Part shown: positions 36,347 through 45,750 of the stretch, piece by piece
Numbering within the stretch: position 1 is the first letter of the stretch
Layout of the letters: every line of letters begins with the position of its first letter
Assembly: GCA_039970995.1 (NCBI GenBank)
Contig: JBDVKW010000015.1
Location: 158,772-222,771 of the forward strand
From: Fulvivirga sp.
Lineage (GTDB): Bacteria; Bacteroidota; Bacteroidia; Cytophagales; Cyclobacteriaceae
DNA length: 64,000 nucleotides
Direction of reading: 5' to 3'
Made by a program: the position numbers and the translations under genes
The notes under the pieces: generated by a model
Databases searched by the model: none
What the model saw: only the letters and a program-made list of their open reading frames with translations
What the model was told of the DNA's origin: nothing

Positions 36347-39300
36347 ATGGCGATTTTAGATTTTATGAAAAATAGATCATCACTCCTACTGTTTGTAGTC
36401 TTATTGTTGGCCCAATCTTATTACACAACTGCCCAGGTAGAATTGGTCAAAGACATTAACCCTTCGGCACCGGCCTTTGAAGCCAATGAGAAACTCATTG
36501 TTTATAATGGTAAGCTATTATTTACAGCTAATGATGGCGTTGTTGGTAATGAGTTGTGGGTAAGTGATGGTACAGAAGCAGGCACCACGTTGCTTAAGGA
36601 TATCAACCCAGGTGCGACCAATTCCTTTCCACTAAATCTTACACCTACAGATAGCAGGCTATACTTTCGTGGATTTACTGACAATGAAGGATGGGAGCTT
36701 TATTATACTGACGGTACAACAAGTGGAACAGTAATCAATACCGATCTAATATCCGGTGCATCTGGTTCGTCTCCCGCAAATTTTTATGCTGCAGGCAATA
36801 ATTTATTTTACATGGCTGAGGATCCTGATCAGAGTGGGCGTGAGTTGTTTGTCACCAATACTTCGACTATAGCAAATGCTTTAACCTCTTACAGCAATGA
36901 TAATGCTAGCATTGCCTCAGGCCAGGCGGCTCCCTTAGGAGATAGCTTAATTTTTATACCATATTCAGTGACCGTGAGCGATCCAGTTGGCTATGAACCT
37001 TATTACGCTACTCCGTCATCCACAGGGTTGGTAAAAGACATCAATCCTGGTTCGGGTAATAGTTTTATTATTGGCATGCAAAACATCGGTAGTGAGATAT
37101 ACTTCTTTGCTGATACAACTAATGACATAGAACCCTCCAATTTTGATCTCTGGAAAACGAATGGTACACCGGAGGGAACTATAGGCATTAAAGAACTCCC
37201 TGAGAATTCAGCAGGCGATCTGCTTACACCTGTTGCCAATGGATCTATTTTTTTCGTAGCTTCTGCCTCGGGGATCGGCCCAGAGCTCTGGGTAACTGAT
37301 GGCACTGAGGTGGGAACTGAGATTGTCAAAGTAATAAACCCCTCAAATACATTCACAGGCTCTGAGATCAACTCAATTACTCCCGCAGGTGAAAGAATAT
37401 TTTTTGGTGCCCGAGATGGTTCAACGGGTAAAGAGTTGTGGGTGAGTGACGGTACTGAAGCAGGCACTTATCTTGTGAAAGATATCAACATCGGACCCAG
37501 CTTTGGTTTGGATGCTACGATAAACCCAATGCTTTGGTTGGACGATAGGTTATATTTTGCTGCAGACGATGGCACCCACGGTACGGAATTGTGGGTCACT
37601 GACGGTACCGAGGCAGGCACCAGTATGGTAGAAGACATCAATCCTGGCTCGGCCAGTTCTGACCCGGCACAATTCACTGTATTTGATGGAGCTATATATT
37701 TTGTCGCTACAGATGCTACACATGGTCGAGAACTTAGAAAATATACACCGGCAGCAGCTACCACTATTTCAGGTACGGTTACAGACTTAGATGCTGGAGA
37801 TCCTTTGGCTAATGTTTCTGTACAAAATATTTCTCAAAATGAAACGACACAAACCGATGGTAACGGTCAATATACTGTAGTGGCGGCCACTGAGGATACT
37901 ATAGTTTTTATGATCAACGACTATGTGCCCGATAGTGTAATCGTAGTTGAAGGCCAATCTGTATATGATGTGCAACTTGAATATAACCCCTGTTATGATG
38001 TAGAATGTGAAATTGGCAAGGTTTGTATTGATGGTACCTGTGTAGACCCATGTACAACTACGGAGTGTGCTGAAGACGAATATTGTGATGGTGGTTTGTG
38101 CTTACCTCTCGACCCATGCGAAGGTGTCGAATGTCCAATCGGGCAGGTGTGTTATGACGGAAGTTGTTATGAGCCAATAGTTTCAGGTATAGTTAAAGAC
38201 CAGCAGCAAAATCCACTTGATAGTGTATTGGTCTATCACATAGAATCTCAAGACACGCTTTATACAGATGTGAATGGCACCTATTTCACAAGTACATCGG
38301 GCAACTATATGTTTTATAAACAAGGATACGCTACCAATAGACTTTACCTGCAACAGGGAGCCAGCAATGTGATTATGTCGCAAAATCCCTGTGAAGGTGT
38401 TTTTTGTCCTTTTGGTCAGATATGTTATGCCGGCAGCTGTTACGAACCGGTAGAGCAAATCGATCTTTCGTTTACAGTGAAAGACATCAAATCCGATCAG
38501 CCTTTGTCAGGGATTAAAGTGTCACCACTTAATAATTATACCAATGTGACAGCTACAAATAGCAATGGAATAGCAACTATCACTATACCATACCCCACAC
38601 AAATTATTTTCAGAGATACCACGGGGATATACAATGAGATTATTATAGATCCGTCAGACGCCAACCAGACAGTGTATTTAGGTTCTTCAGCGTGCGATGG
38701 AGTGGAATGTCCCATTGGGCAGATTTGTTATGAAGGCAGTTGCTATGAGCCAACCTCTACAAGCGAAGTTTTTGAAGGTTACATTTTTGATGGAGACTCG
38801 CTTCCGTTGAGCAACGTCTATGTAAGTGTGGGGCCTAACCAGACAACTACAAATGCTTATGGTTACTTTTCCCTGCAAGCGGTTAATGATTTAGATAGTG
38901 TATATGCATGGGTAAGCAAGAATGACCATATCAATATGGAGCAACAGTTGTTTAAGGCAGAGCTAAATGAAATATATGTCTATGGGTTAGACTATTGTCA
39001 ATATACCCAATGTCCGATTGGACAGGTCTGTTATGAAGGCAGCTGTTACGACCCGGCCCAAGATGATCCAAACCCTGATTTGTGTGAAGGAGTATTTTGC
39101 CCATTTGGTCAGATATGTTATGAAGGCAGCTGCTATGAGCCATGTGAAGAGACGGGGCCAGGAATTTGCTCTGACAGTCTGACTGACGCTTGCGAAGGAG
39201 TAGAGTGTCCTATAGGGCAAATTTGTGAAAATGGCGTTTGTTATGATCCTTGTGCAGAAGATAACGATGCTGATAACTTATGTTATAATGCTTCAATTGA

Positions 39301-40063
39301 TCCCTGTGAAAATATCAATCCTCCTGCCGGTTATATTTGTCAGAATGGTGTGGTAGTTCCTGATTGCCCTGACAACAATTCGGCCTGCCAGACTTCATCT
39401 ATTTGCAATGTGGTGGCTTGCCCACCGGGTGATATTTGCTTTACATGTTTCGACCAATCTGGAATTAATTCTTCGGGCACGAGCCTCATTTCTGGCCAAC
39501 TAAATCTTTCTGGAATTAATAGTGGAGGAAGGTCATTAGAAGCAAATAATGAGAACCTATTTATATATCTGATAGAAATTGAATCAGGAAAGAAAACTGC
39601 CATTGCTAAAAGTGATGCATCAGGAGAGTTTGAAATGCTAAATGTGCCTACCGGTTCATATTATGTCTTTCTCACTGCTAGTGGCTATTTTATGGAAGAC
39701 ATGATACTTGAGGTTGGGACTTATGAAAATATATCGATGACATTTACTTCATCCAATCGATTTGTAAATATGGAAGTAGGCCGTGTAACTTCCGTTTCCA
39801 GCAGTATTGAAGGCGCTAAAGGAAGCTGGTATCCTGTGCCGAATACCACGGCTACTTTCTACCTAAATGAAAGTGATAATTTGAAGCGTATTGAACTTTA
39901 CAATGCCCAGGGCACACAAATAGACTTAAATTATACAGTTGATAACCTGGGAGCCAGGAAGAGGCTGAGTTTAAATGAGGCTTTAAATGCAGGTGTTTAT
40001 CTATTAAAGTGGCAAACTGAGGCATCAAGTGACTACTCTACCCAGAGAATAATATTGAAGTAA
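36347..40063 (+). CDS. 1238-aa T9SS cargo protein: ELWxxDG repeats + alternating 4-Cys modules and carboxypeptidase-regulatory-like domains + C-terminal sorting domain
   Basis: Signal peptide. About 8 ELWxxDG-type repeats (GNELWVSDGTEAGTTLLKDINPG and similar). About 10 modules C..(V/T).CP.GQ.CY.GSCY.P separated by beta-sandwich segments (ISGTVTDLDAGDPLANVSV...TDGNGQYTV). Tail WYPVPN...GVYLLKWQTEASSDYSTQRIILK resembles a type A T9SS C-terminal sorting domain (CTD). Confidence 0.9.
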   Translation: MAILDFMKNRSSLLLFVVLLLAQSYYTTAQVELVKDINPSAPAFEANEKLIVYNGKLLFTANDGVVGNELWVSDGTEAGTTLLKDINPGATNSFPLNLTPTDSRLYFRGFTDNEGWELYYTDGTTSGTVINTDLISGASGSSPANFYAAGNNLFYMAEDPDQSGRELFVTNTSTIANALTSYSNDNASIASGQAAPLGDSLIFIPYSVTVSDPVGYEPYYATPSSTGLVKDINPGSGNSFIIGMQNIGSEIYFFADTTNDIEPSNFDLWKTNGTPEGTIGIKELPENSAGDLLTPVANGSIFFVASASGIGPELWVTDGTEVGTEIVKVINPSNTFTGSEINSITPAGERIFFGARDGSTGKELWVSDGTEAGTYLVKDINIGPSFGLDATINPMLWLDDRLYFAADDGTHGTELWVTDGTEAGTSMVEDINPGSASSDPAQFTVFDGAIYFVATDATHGRELRKYTPAAATTISGTVTDLDAGDPLANVSVQNISQNETTQTDGNGQYTVVAATEDTIVFMINDYVPDSVIVVEGQSVYDVQLEYNPCYDVECEIGKVCIDGTCVDPCTTTECAEDEYCDGGLCLPLDPCEGVECPIGQVCYDGSCYEPIVSGIVKDQQQNPLDSVLVYHIESQDTLYTDVNGTYFTSTSGNYMFYKQGYATNRLYLQQGASNVIMSQNPCEGVFCPFGQICYAGSCYEPVEQIDLSFTVKDIKSDQPLSGIKVSPLNNYTNVTATNSNGIATITIPYPTQIIFRDTTGIYNEIIIDPSDANQTVYLGSSACDGVECPIGQICYEGSCYEPTSTSEVFEGYIFDGDSLPLSNVYVSVGPNQTTTNAYGYFSLQAVNDLDSVYAWVSKNDHINMEQQLFKAELNEIYVYGLDYCQYTQCPIGQVCYEGSCYDPAQDDPNPDLCEGVFCPFGQICYEGSCYEPCEETGPGICSDSLTDACEGVECPIGQICENGVCYDPCAEDNDADNLCYNASIDPCENINPPAGYICQNGVVVPDCPDNNSACQTSSICNVVACPPGDICFTCFDQSGINSSGTSLISGQLNLSGINSGGRSLEANNENLFIYLIEIESGKKTAIAKSDASGEFEMLNVPTGSYYVFLTASGYFMEDMILEVGTYENISMTFTSSNRFVNMEVGRVTSVSSSIEGAKGSWYPVPNTTATFYLNESDNLKRIELYNAQGTQIDLNYTVDNLGARKRLSLNEALNAGVYLLKWQTEASSDYSTQRIILK
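37991..39448 (+). repeat. Intragenic array of about 20-aa four-cysteine modules
   Basis: First Cys codon at 37991, last at 39446-39448. Two modules (38390-38449 and 39083-39142) encode CEGVFCPFGQICY(A/E)GSCYEP and differ at 10 of 60 nt, 8 of them synonymous third positions. Confidence 0.85.
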
Positions 40064-40098
40064 TTGCGCCTGAGTGAAAGAATTATTATTATGCGCGA

Positions 40099-40911
40099 AT
40101 GTCGAACTTGCATTTTAAAGTCCTGCCTCCTCAGGCCTCTTTGGCCAAATATGTACGAAGAATATTAATAACGACTGGTGATGAAAGTACAAATGAACAT
40201 CTGCCTATAGGCCCTACGGGTTTTGCTTATTTTACTTACAGCCGCTATCCTATTGCTCTTCATTTTAGTGACAAAGTTATTGCCTCAGACAAGCAACTTT
40301 ACATTGCAGGTCAACTTGATCATGAGATGCCTTACTTTAAAATCAAAGGGCCTTTCTTTCATGTTGGTCTGGAGCTGCGCCCAACAGCACCTTTTAACTT
40401 CTTCGGTCTGGAAGGCCTGGTAGATGGTGGTGCTATCCTTTCTGAAGTGGAGCCCAAAACCACAGCAGCGTTCAGAGAAAGATTTGCTTCTGAAAGTGAC
40501 CCGTTAAAAGTAGCCGAAGGCCTACAGGATGAGCTCAACAGACGGCTGGATAACGTTGCTCCCATAGCATTTCTGGAGCAAACGTTGGAAGTAATCTATG
40601 CAAATAACGGCAACATTGAGGTAAACGATCTCATAAACCAGTCTGGTTTAAGTGAGAGACATTTTAGAAGGGAGTTTAAAAGAATTATAGGTATAGGCCC
40701 CAAACAGTATTGTAAAGTGATCCAGTTCAATGCAGCTTTTGAGGCTGTGCAAACCGGAAATGAAGAACAAATTTATGCAGTGGCATTACAAAATGGATAC
40801 TATGATCATGCCCATTTCATCAATGATTTTAAGGCTATTTTAGGACAATCACCACAGGAATTTTTAAGGAGCGACCATACTTTTTTGCGCAATTATCTAG
40901 GCCCGGAATGA
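40099..40911 (+). CDS. AraC-family transcriptional regulator
   Basis: C-terminal double HTH (SGLSERHFRREFKRIIGIGPKQYCKVIQFNAA ... YYDHAHFINDFKAILGQSPQEF); 270 aa. Confidence 0.85.
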   Translation: MSNLHFKVLPPQASLAKYVRRILITTGDESTNEHLPIGPTGFAYFTYSRYPIALHFSDKVIASDKQLYIAGQLDHEMPYFKIKGPFFHVGLELRPTAPFNFFGLEGLVDGGAILSEVEPKTTAAFRERFASESDPLKVAEGLQDELNRRLDNVAPIAFLEQTLEVIYANNGNIEVNDLINQSGLSERHFRREFKRIIGIGPKQYCKVIQFNAAFEAVQTGNEEQIYAVALQNGYYDHAHFINDFKAILGQSPQEFLRSDHTFLRNYLGPE

Positions 40912-40955
40912 CAAATAATTAGTATTTTTAATACAGCAACAACTCATTTAAGGTC

Positions 40956-42395
40956 ATGAAAAAACTCATTACAACACTACTTTTCACAGTGGTGTATTCT
41001 GCTATCTCTGCATCTGGTATTGAAGTATCACAAGTTGAATACGTACAATCCGATGACCCAGAATTTATCCGTGCCATCAACCTTACATTACATTGGAAGA
41101 ACAGCTGGAAAAACAAGCGCAACCATGATGCAGCCTGGGTGTTTTTCAAATTTGTAAGAAAAACAGGCGGCTACCAACATGCTTATTTATCGTCAGATAC
41201 CGGCAGGCAACTCTGGAAGGGTCAAACAACCATGCCCGATGCTGATATGGTGGTGTCTCCCGATGGTGTGGGTATGATGGTACAGCCTAAAAGTGAGTAC
41301 CGAGGAGACTTAACTTATCGGCTATCAATTACCCTTGATACAGCTAAATTGAATACACGCTATGTCAATTTTCTCAATTCGGTAGACCTTGAAGCCTTTG
41401 CTATTGAAATGGTTTACATTCCAGCGGGACCGTTTACGCTAGGCGATCCTGACCCCGCGGCATTGAAATATGGTGCATTTTATGAGTCTGATGAAGAGGG
41501 AAAAGTAGCGGGGCAATTCACTATAAAAAATGAAAGTGCATCAATAGACGTTGGGCCAAACAAAGGCTCACTTTATTATCAGGTGGAAGACAAACCTTAC
41601 CAGGGTGATCAGCAAGGGCCCATACCCGCAGCATTTCCGAAAGGAGTTGAGGGGTTTTATATTATGAAATATGAAGTACTGCAGGGAGATTATGCTAATT
41701 TTCTCAACACCTTGCCTAGTCATGTGGCGTCAGTAAGGTATACAGGTGGGTCTCCCGATTACACAGCTTCGGGTGGATCAATAGCATTAAAAGATGGCCG
41801 ATTTGAAGCCCAAAGACCAAACCAGCGTATGGTGTTTTGGCACTGGCAAGATATGATGGCATATACTGACTGGGCAGGCCTCAGGCCCTATACAGAATTT
41901 GAGTATACCAAAGCGGCTCGTGGACCGGGTAAGCCAAAGCGACACGAGATGCCATGGAACACAGACAATGATGATGAGTTATTGCGCAGGATTGAGGTTA
42001 AAACCCATATGATGAACATGCCGGAAGGCTATGATGAATCTATGCTCAATGAGTCTAACAGGCCCACTTTTGGAGCTTCTTATTATTGGGTGATGGATCT
42101 GGCAGGTAGCATGTGGGAAAAAGTGATCACTGTAGGAGATTCCGTGGGTAGGTCATTTACAGGCCACCATGGTGATGGAAATATTGATTATTACGGTCTT
42201 GCTAATGTTGCCGATTGGCCCAACGAATATGGCGAATCATACGGGTATGGTTATCGGGGTGGTGGATATTATGCCAAAGCCCATATTTCTAATTTCAACC
42301 CGTATAGCCCAATTGCCTATCGGCTATATGGCGCATGGTCTGGTGGCCCGAGGAATGCGGCTTATGGTTATAGGGCTGCGCGATCAATGAGGTGA
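40956..42395 (+). CDS. Secreted FGE-sulfatase (SUMF1) fold protein, cysteine-free (GldJ/GldK-like, probably non-catalytic)
   Basis: MVYIPAGPFTLGD, FYIMKYEVLQGDYANFLN, MAYTDWAGLRPYTEFEYTKAARG, LAGSMWEKV and YRGGGY match the FGE fold. I find no Cys in the 479 residues. Plain signal peptide, no lipobox. Confidence 0.8.
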   Translation: MKKLITTLLFTVVYSAISASGIEVSQVEYVQSDDPEFIRAINLTLHWKNSWKNKRNHDAAWVFFKFVRKTGGYQHAYLSSDTGRQLWKGQTTMPDADMVVSPDGVGMMVQPKSEYRGDLTYRLSITLDTAKLNTRYVNFLNSVDLEAFAIEMVYIPAGPFTLGDPDPAALKYGAFYESDEEGKVAGQFTIKNESASIDVGPNKGSLYYQVEDKPYQGDQQGPIPAAFPKGVEGFYIMKYEVLQGDYANFLNTLPSHVASVRYTGGSPDYTASGGSIALKDGRFEAQRPNQRMVFWHWQDMMAYTDWAGLRPYTEFEYTKAARGPGKPKRHEMPWNTDNDDELLRRIEVKTHMMNMPEGYDESMLNESNRPTFGASYYWVMDLAGSMWEKVITVGDSVGRSFTGHHGDGNIDYYGLANVADWPNEYGESYGYGYRGGGYYAKAHISNFNPYSPIAYRLYGAWSGGPRNAAYGYRAARSMR

Positions 42396-42563
42396 TCTAT
42401 ATTACTTTTTCCGTTTCTTTTTGGTAAATCGAAAGCCCGGCCCGATCAATAAAATCAATACAATAATCCACCAGAAGTCTTGCCAGATTTGAATGAGGGT
42501 GCTCATAGAGTTTCATACGTCTTTTAGTATCAACTTGTTTTTTACACTGCTGACTAGATGAGT

Positions 42564-43310
42564 TTAACCAAATAGCTTCTTCTTCCTTTTCTTTCTATAA
42601 ATGTTATATGCGGGCATAACAATGGCATAGAGCCAATAACAAAACCCTGCAATCATAAAAGATTTGCTACCGCCAATTTCAAACATTGATATAATGGCTG
42701 ATAGTACAGGAATTGAAGCCATCAACAGGTTGTCGTAGTAGTTAGTTTTTGTATGAAAAACCTCTATATCAGACAAATCCAGCGCCTCTTTTCTGTTTAA
42801 TGCAACTTTATACATCCATGCGAGCACAATGAAAACAGCTGCAGCTCCAAGGCCATAAACAACCATTAGTAAGGGGGCCTCATCAATCGGTAAAACATTA
42901 GAAAAGAGATGATTTAATGCATCACCATCACCGGCCATCAAAAAATAAAACATGGACGACAATATTTTAAAAAGAAACTTGAGCGGGTATACATATACCA
43001 ACACCAGAAATAGTAAGATGGTATTGATGGCCACAATTTTTACATCTCTAAAACCGTATCTAATGAAGAAAATATAGTGCTGATACCAAATGATCATTAG
43101 TAATGTGATACAAATGGCGAAAGGGATAAGGTCAGCGAATGAAGCTTTTAACTGCGCAAAGGTATCGGGCACCGTTGAAGACAATACGAGCAATGTAACT
43201 GCCAGGGCAAATACTGCATCACTAAATGTTTCTATTCTTGTTTGCTCTTCTCCTCGGTATTCAAAATCTGTATTCATACCGATCAAAGAGTTCTTCAAAG
43301 ATTGTCTCAT
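42564..43310 (-). CDS. TMEM175-family (DUF1211) potassium channel
   Basis: RIETFSDAVFALAVTLLVL, the hallmark RxxxFSD motif on TM1; six predicted TM helices; 248 aa (alternative start M12). Confidence 0.85.
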   Translation of the reverse strand: MRQSLKNSLIGMNTDFEYRGEEQTRIETFSDAVFALAVTLLVLSSTVPDTFAQLKASFADLIPFAICITLLMIIWYQHYIFFIRYGFRDVKIVAINTILLFLVLVYVYPLKFLFKILSSMFYFLMAGDGDALNHLFSNVLPIDEAPLLMVVYGLGAAAVFIVLAWMYKVALNRKEALDLSDIEVFHTKTNYYDNLLMASIPVLSAIISMFEIGGSKSFMIAGFCYWLYAIVMPAYNIYRKKRKKKLFG

Positions 43311-43360
43311 AGTCCAAGTCAGGTTAAGGCTACAATTTAATATATTCTCTTAATTAGTGA

Positions 43361-43582
43361 TCAATTATTTTCATTACCCCTGTAAAGTCGCTCAATTTCC
43401 TTCTTGTCTTCTTCTGGAATCTCCGGATCTTGAAGTAGCCTAAATGCATTGCCAGAAGATTTTATGTTGTATTTTTCTATTACACTATGCTCCTTATCAT
43501 GTCTTCTTTTTTTCCTAATCATAAAAAACAGGACGATTTGTAAGACCAAAACAAAAACAACGAATATTATCAGACCATTCAT
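43361..43582 (-). CDS. Small single-pass membrane protein
   Basis: 73 aa: TM helix LIIFVVFVLVLQIVLFFMI, then RKKRRHDKE and an acidic tail. 50 nt upstream of the TMEM175 gene, same strand. Confidence 0.5.
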   Translation of the reverse strand: MNGLIIFVVFVLVLQIVLFFMIRKKRRHDKEHSVIEKYNIKSSGNAFRLLQDPEIPEEDKKEIERLYRGNENN

Positions 43583-43627
43583 AACGAAACGCTTGTGTGT
43601 GGGTTAATATACCTACAAATTAGCATT

Positions 43628-45070
43628 ATGAGAGAGAAAATAGAAAGACTTCAGCAGCAGGCATCTTTACTTGAACCCAATGAGCAAGAACGACAAAAGA
43701 TACGTGGTGCCATTGTCGATGAGACGGAAAGCTTTCTAAATAACATCCATGATTTTGAAAAGCTCCCCACTTATTTTCCCAATGTCAATGGCAGAGAGCT
43801 GATGGATTTTCCCATCAGTGATGAACCCATTGGTTTGGAAAAGGCCATAAGGTTGGTATCAGACAATATCGATAAAACAGGCATCACGGGAGCTTCAGGA
43901 GGCCACCTGGGCTACATACCCGGTGGAGGGGTATACAGCTCATCATTGGGCGACTACTGGACGGATGTGGTGAATACCTATGCGGGCGTGTTTTTTGCCA
44001 GTCCGGGAGCGGTGCGTATGGAAAACCATTTGATCAACTGGATGCGTGATATGGTGGGCTACCCTGCCAGCACCTATGGCAACCTGGCATCAGGCGGTAG
44101 TGTTGCCAACCTCATAGCACTTGTTACAGCACGCGATGCGTTTGAGATCAAGAGCAAGGATGTCGAACATCACGTGATTTATCTCTCTAAACAAGCGCAC
44201 CATTGTCTACATAAGGCGATTCATATTGCGGGGCTTAGCGATTGCCCTCTGAGAACCATAAAGCTAGATGATCAATTTAGACTAGATGCCGATGACCTAA
44301 AGCGTCAAATCAAGGAGGACAAAAAACAAGGGCTTAAACCTTTTTTCATTGTGGCGTCAGCCGGGACTACGGATACGGGAGCCATTGACCCGATAGATGC
44401 AATAGCCGATATAGCTGAGTTCGATACGGCATGGTTTCACGTTGATGCTGCCTATGGCGGATTTTTTATGCTTACAGCTGAAGGAAGAGGGAAATTTAAA
44501 GGTATTGACAGGTCAGACTCCGTAGTGCTCGACCCACATAAAGGCCTCTTTTTACCATATGGCGTTGGCGTTGTATTGGTCAAAGAAGGTGAGCTGATGC
44601 GTAAGGCGTTTAGCTACTTTGCCAGCTATATGCAAGACATTGTAGTACAGCAAGATGAAGTCTCGCCAGCCGATGTTTCGCCTGAGCTCACCAAACCATT
44701 TAGAGGTTTACGTATGTGGTTGCCACTCATGTTGCACGGACTGAAACCATTTAAGGCGTGCCTGGAGGAGAAATTGCTCCTGGCAAAATATGCTTGCGAG
44801 CAACTGCAAAACATGGAAGATATAGAGGTCGGGCCTTCTCCGGAGTTGTCGGTTGTCACTTTTAGATTTGTACCGGAAGGTAAGGATGCCAATGCATTTA
44901 ATGCGGCTGTTGTCAAGGCCATACATGAAGATGGCCGGATATTTATTTCATCCACTACAATCGATGGGGTGTTTACTTTAAGGCTGGCAATTCTATCTTT
45001 CAGAACCCATTTGTCTACAATTGATCTGACATTAAAAATATTAAATGAGAAGGTGGAGGCATTAAAATGA
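43628..45070 (+). CDS. Group II pyridoxal-dependent (aromatic amino acid / tyrosine-type) decarboxylase
   Basis: SGGSVANL, HVDAAYGG and SVVLDPHKGLFLPYG (PLP-lysine). ATG at 43628 preferred over the GTG track start 43595. Confidence 0.85.
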   Translation: MREKIERLQQQASLLEPNEQERQKIRGAIVDETESFLNNIHDFEKLPTYFPNVNGRELMDFPISDEPIGLEKAIRLVSDNIDKTGITGASGGHLGYIPGGGVYSSSLGDYWTDVVNTYAGVFFASPGAVRMENHLINWMRDMVGYPASTYGNLASGGSVANLIALVTARDAFEIKSKDVEHHVIYLSKQAHHCLHKAIHIAGLSDCPLRTIKLDDQFRLDADDLKRQIKEDKKQGLKPFFIVASAGTTDTGAIDPIDAIADIAEFDTAWFHVDAAYGGFFMLTAEGRGKFKGIDRSDSVVLDPHKGLFLPYGVGVVLVKEGELMRKAFSYFASYMQDIVVQQDEVSPADVSPELTKPFRGLRMWLPLMLHGLKPFKACLEEKLLLAKYACEQLQNMEDIEVGPSPELSVVTFRFVPEGKDANAFNAAVVKAIHEDGRIFISSTTIDGVFTLRLAILSFRTHLSTIDLTLKILNEKVEALK

Positions 45071-45080
45071 GCAAAAAGCA

Positions 45081-45119
45081 AAAAAGCCGCCCGATACGTT
45101 TATCGAAGGCGGCCTTTTT
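45081..45119. terminator. Bidirectional rho-independent terminator
   Basis: AAAAA-GCCGCCCGATA-CGTT-TATCG-AA-GGCGGC-C-TTTTT between convergent genes (stops at 45070 and 45145). Confidence 0.8.
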
Positions 45120-45144
45120 ATTAACCTAAACAAAACAAGTAATC

Positions 45145-45750
45145 TTACTCAGCAAGCATCGACTTTGTGCCAGAGGCATTTGTGATAGAAAATCTGAAAG
45201 AGTCTCCTTCCACCTCACTGAGATCATATATTTTTCTAAAACCGTATAGGTTTTGGACTTTATCTTCATGTATTAGATTGCCTTTGGCATCATATAGTTT
45301 AATTGATGTAGGCAGAGCTGTTTCATCTTTGTTAACCACGGCAAGTCTGAATTTCTTGGCATCATTAACATTGAGCACATTAGCTGCAAAATTTGGCTCA
45401 TTAGAAGGCTTTTCTAATGTGACAGTTTCTTCTACTTCGCTACCATCTGGGTTGATCACTTTAAAAGTGTACTCTCCATTTGGTAGTTCTGATAAGTCGT
45501 ATGGTTGTGCAAAACCTTCCTTGTTTTTGATGGCTTTAGCATGTACGATTTGACCCTGAGCATTTTTAAGAGAAACCTTCACCAATCCTTTTGCTTGTTC
45601 TAAATAAACGAGCTTAAATTTTTGAGGTGAATTATTCATAACCGCCACTGTTTTTTTGGCGACCTTTTTGGGATTGGGCTTATCCTTTTCCGTAGCAAAA
45701 GCCGTGGCTACCACGAGCAGCATCGCTACCATTAGTGTTGTTCTTTTCAT
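45145..45750 (-). CDS. Secreted protein with internal two-fold duplication, unknown function
   Basis: Signal peptide MKRTTLMVAMLLVVATAFA. Two similar halves: KFKLVYLE...VSLKNAQGQIVH...YDLSELPNGEYTFKV and KFRLAVVN...IKLYDAKGNLIH...YDLSEVEGDSFRFSI. Confidence 0.65.
   Translation of the reverse strand: MKRTTLMVAMLLVVATAFATEKDKPNPKKVAKKTVAVMNNSPQKFKLVYLEQAKGLVKVSLKNAQGQIVHAKAIKNKEGFAQPYDLSELPNGEYTFKVINPDGSEVEETVTLEKPSNEPNFAANVLNVNDAKKFRLAVVNKDETALPTSIKLYDAKGNLIHEDKVQNLYGFRKIYDLSEVEGDSFRFSITNASGTKSMLAE

Noticed and set aside
37991-42395. The idea that the adjacent FGE-fold protein converts cysteines in the Cys-rich cargo protein to formylglycine
   Set aside because: The FGE-fold protein has no cysteine at all, so it lacks the catalytic Cys pair. 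The cargo modules read C-P-x-G-Q, not the C-x-P-x-R recognition motif of FGE substrates.
225-45553. Many 60-150-aa track ORFs antisense to or nested in long genes (for example 225..563, 2670..3113, 4277..4624, 12380..12823, 16477..16689, 18713..19051, 34757..35077, 37003..37467, 44626..45081, 45167..45553)
   Set aside because: Each is fully contained in a longer ORF on the other strand or in another frame, and that longer ORF has recognisable family motifs. None shows a motif, signal peptide or independent intergenic context, so they are typical shadow ORFs.
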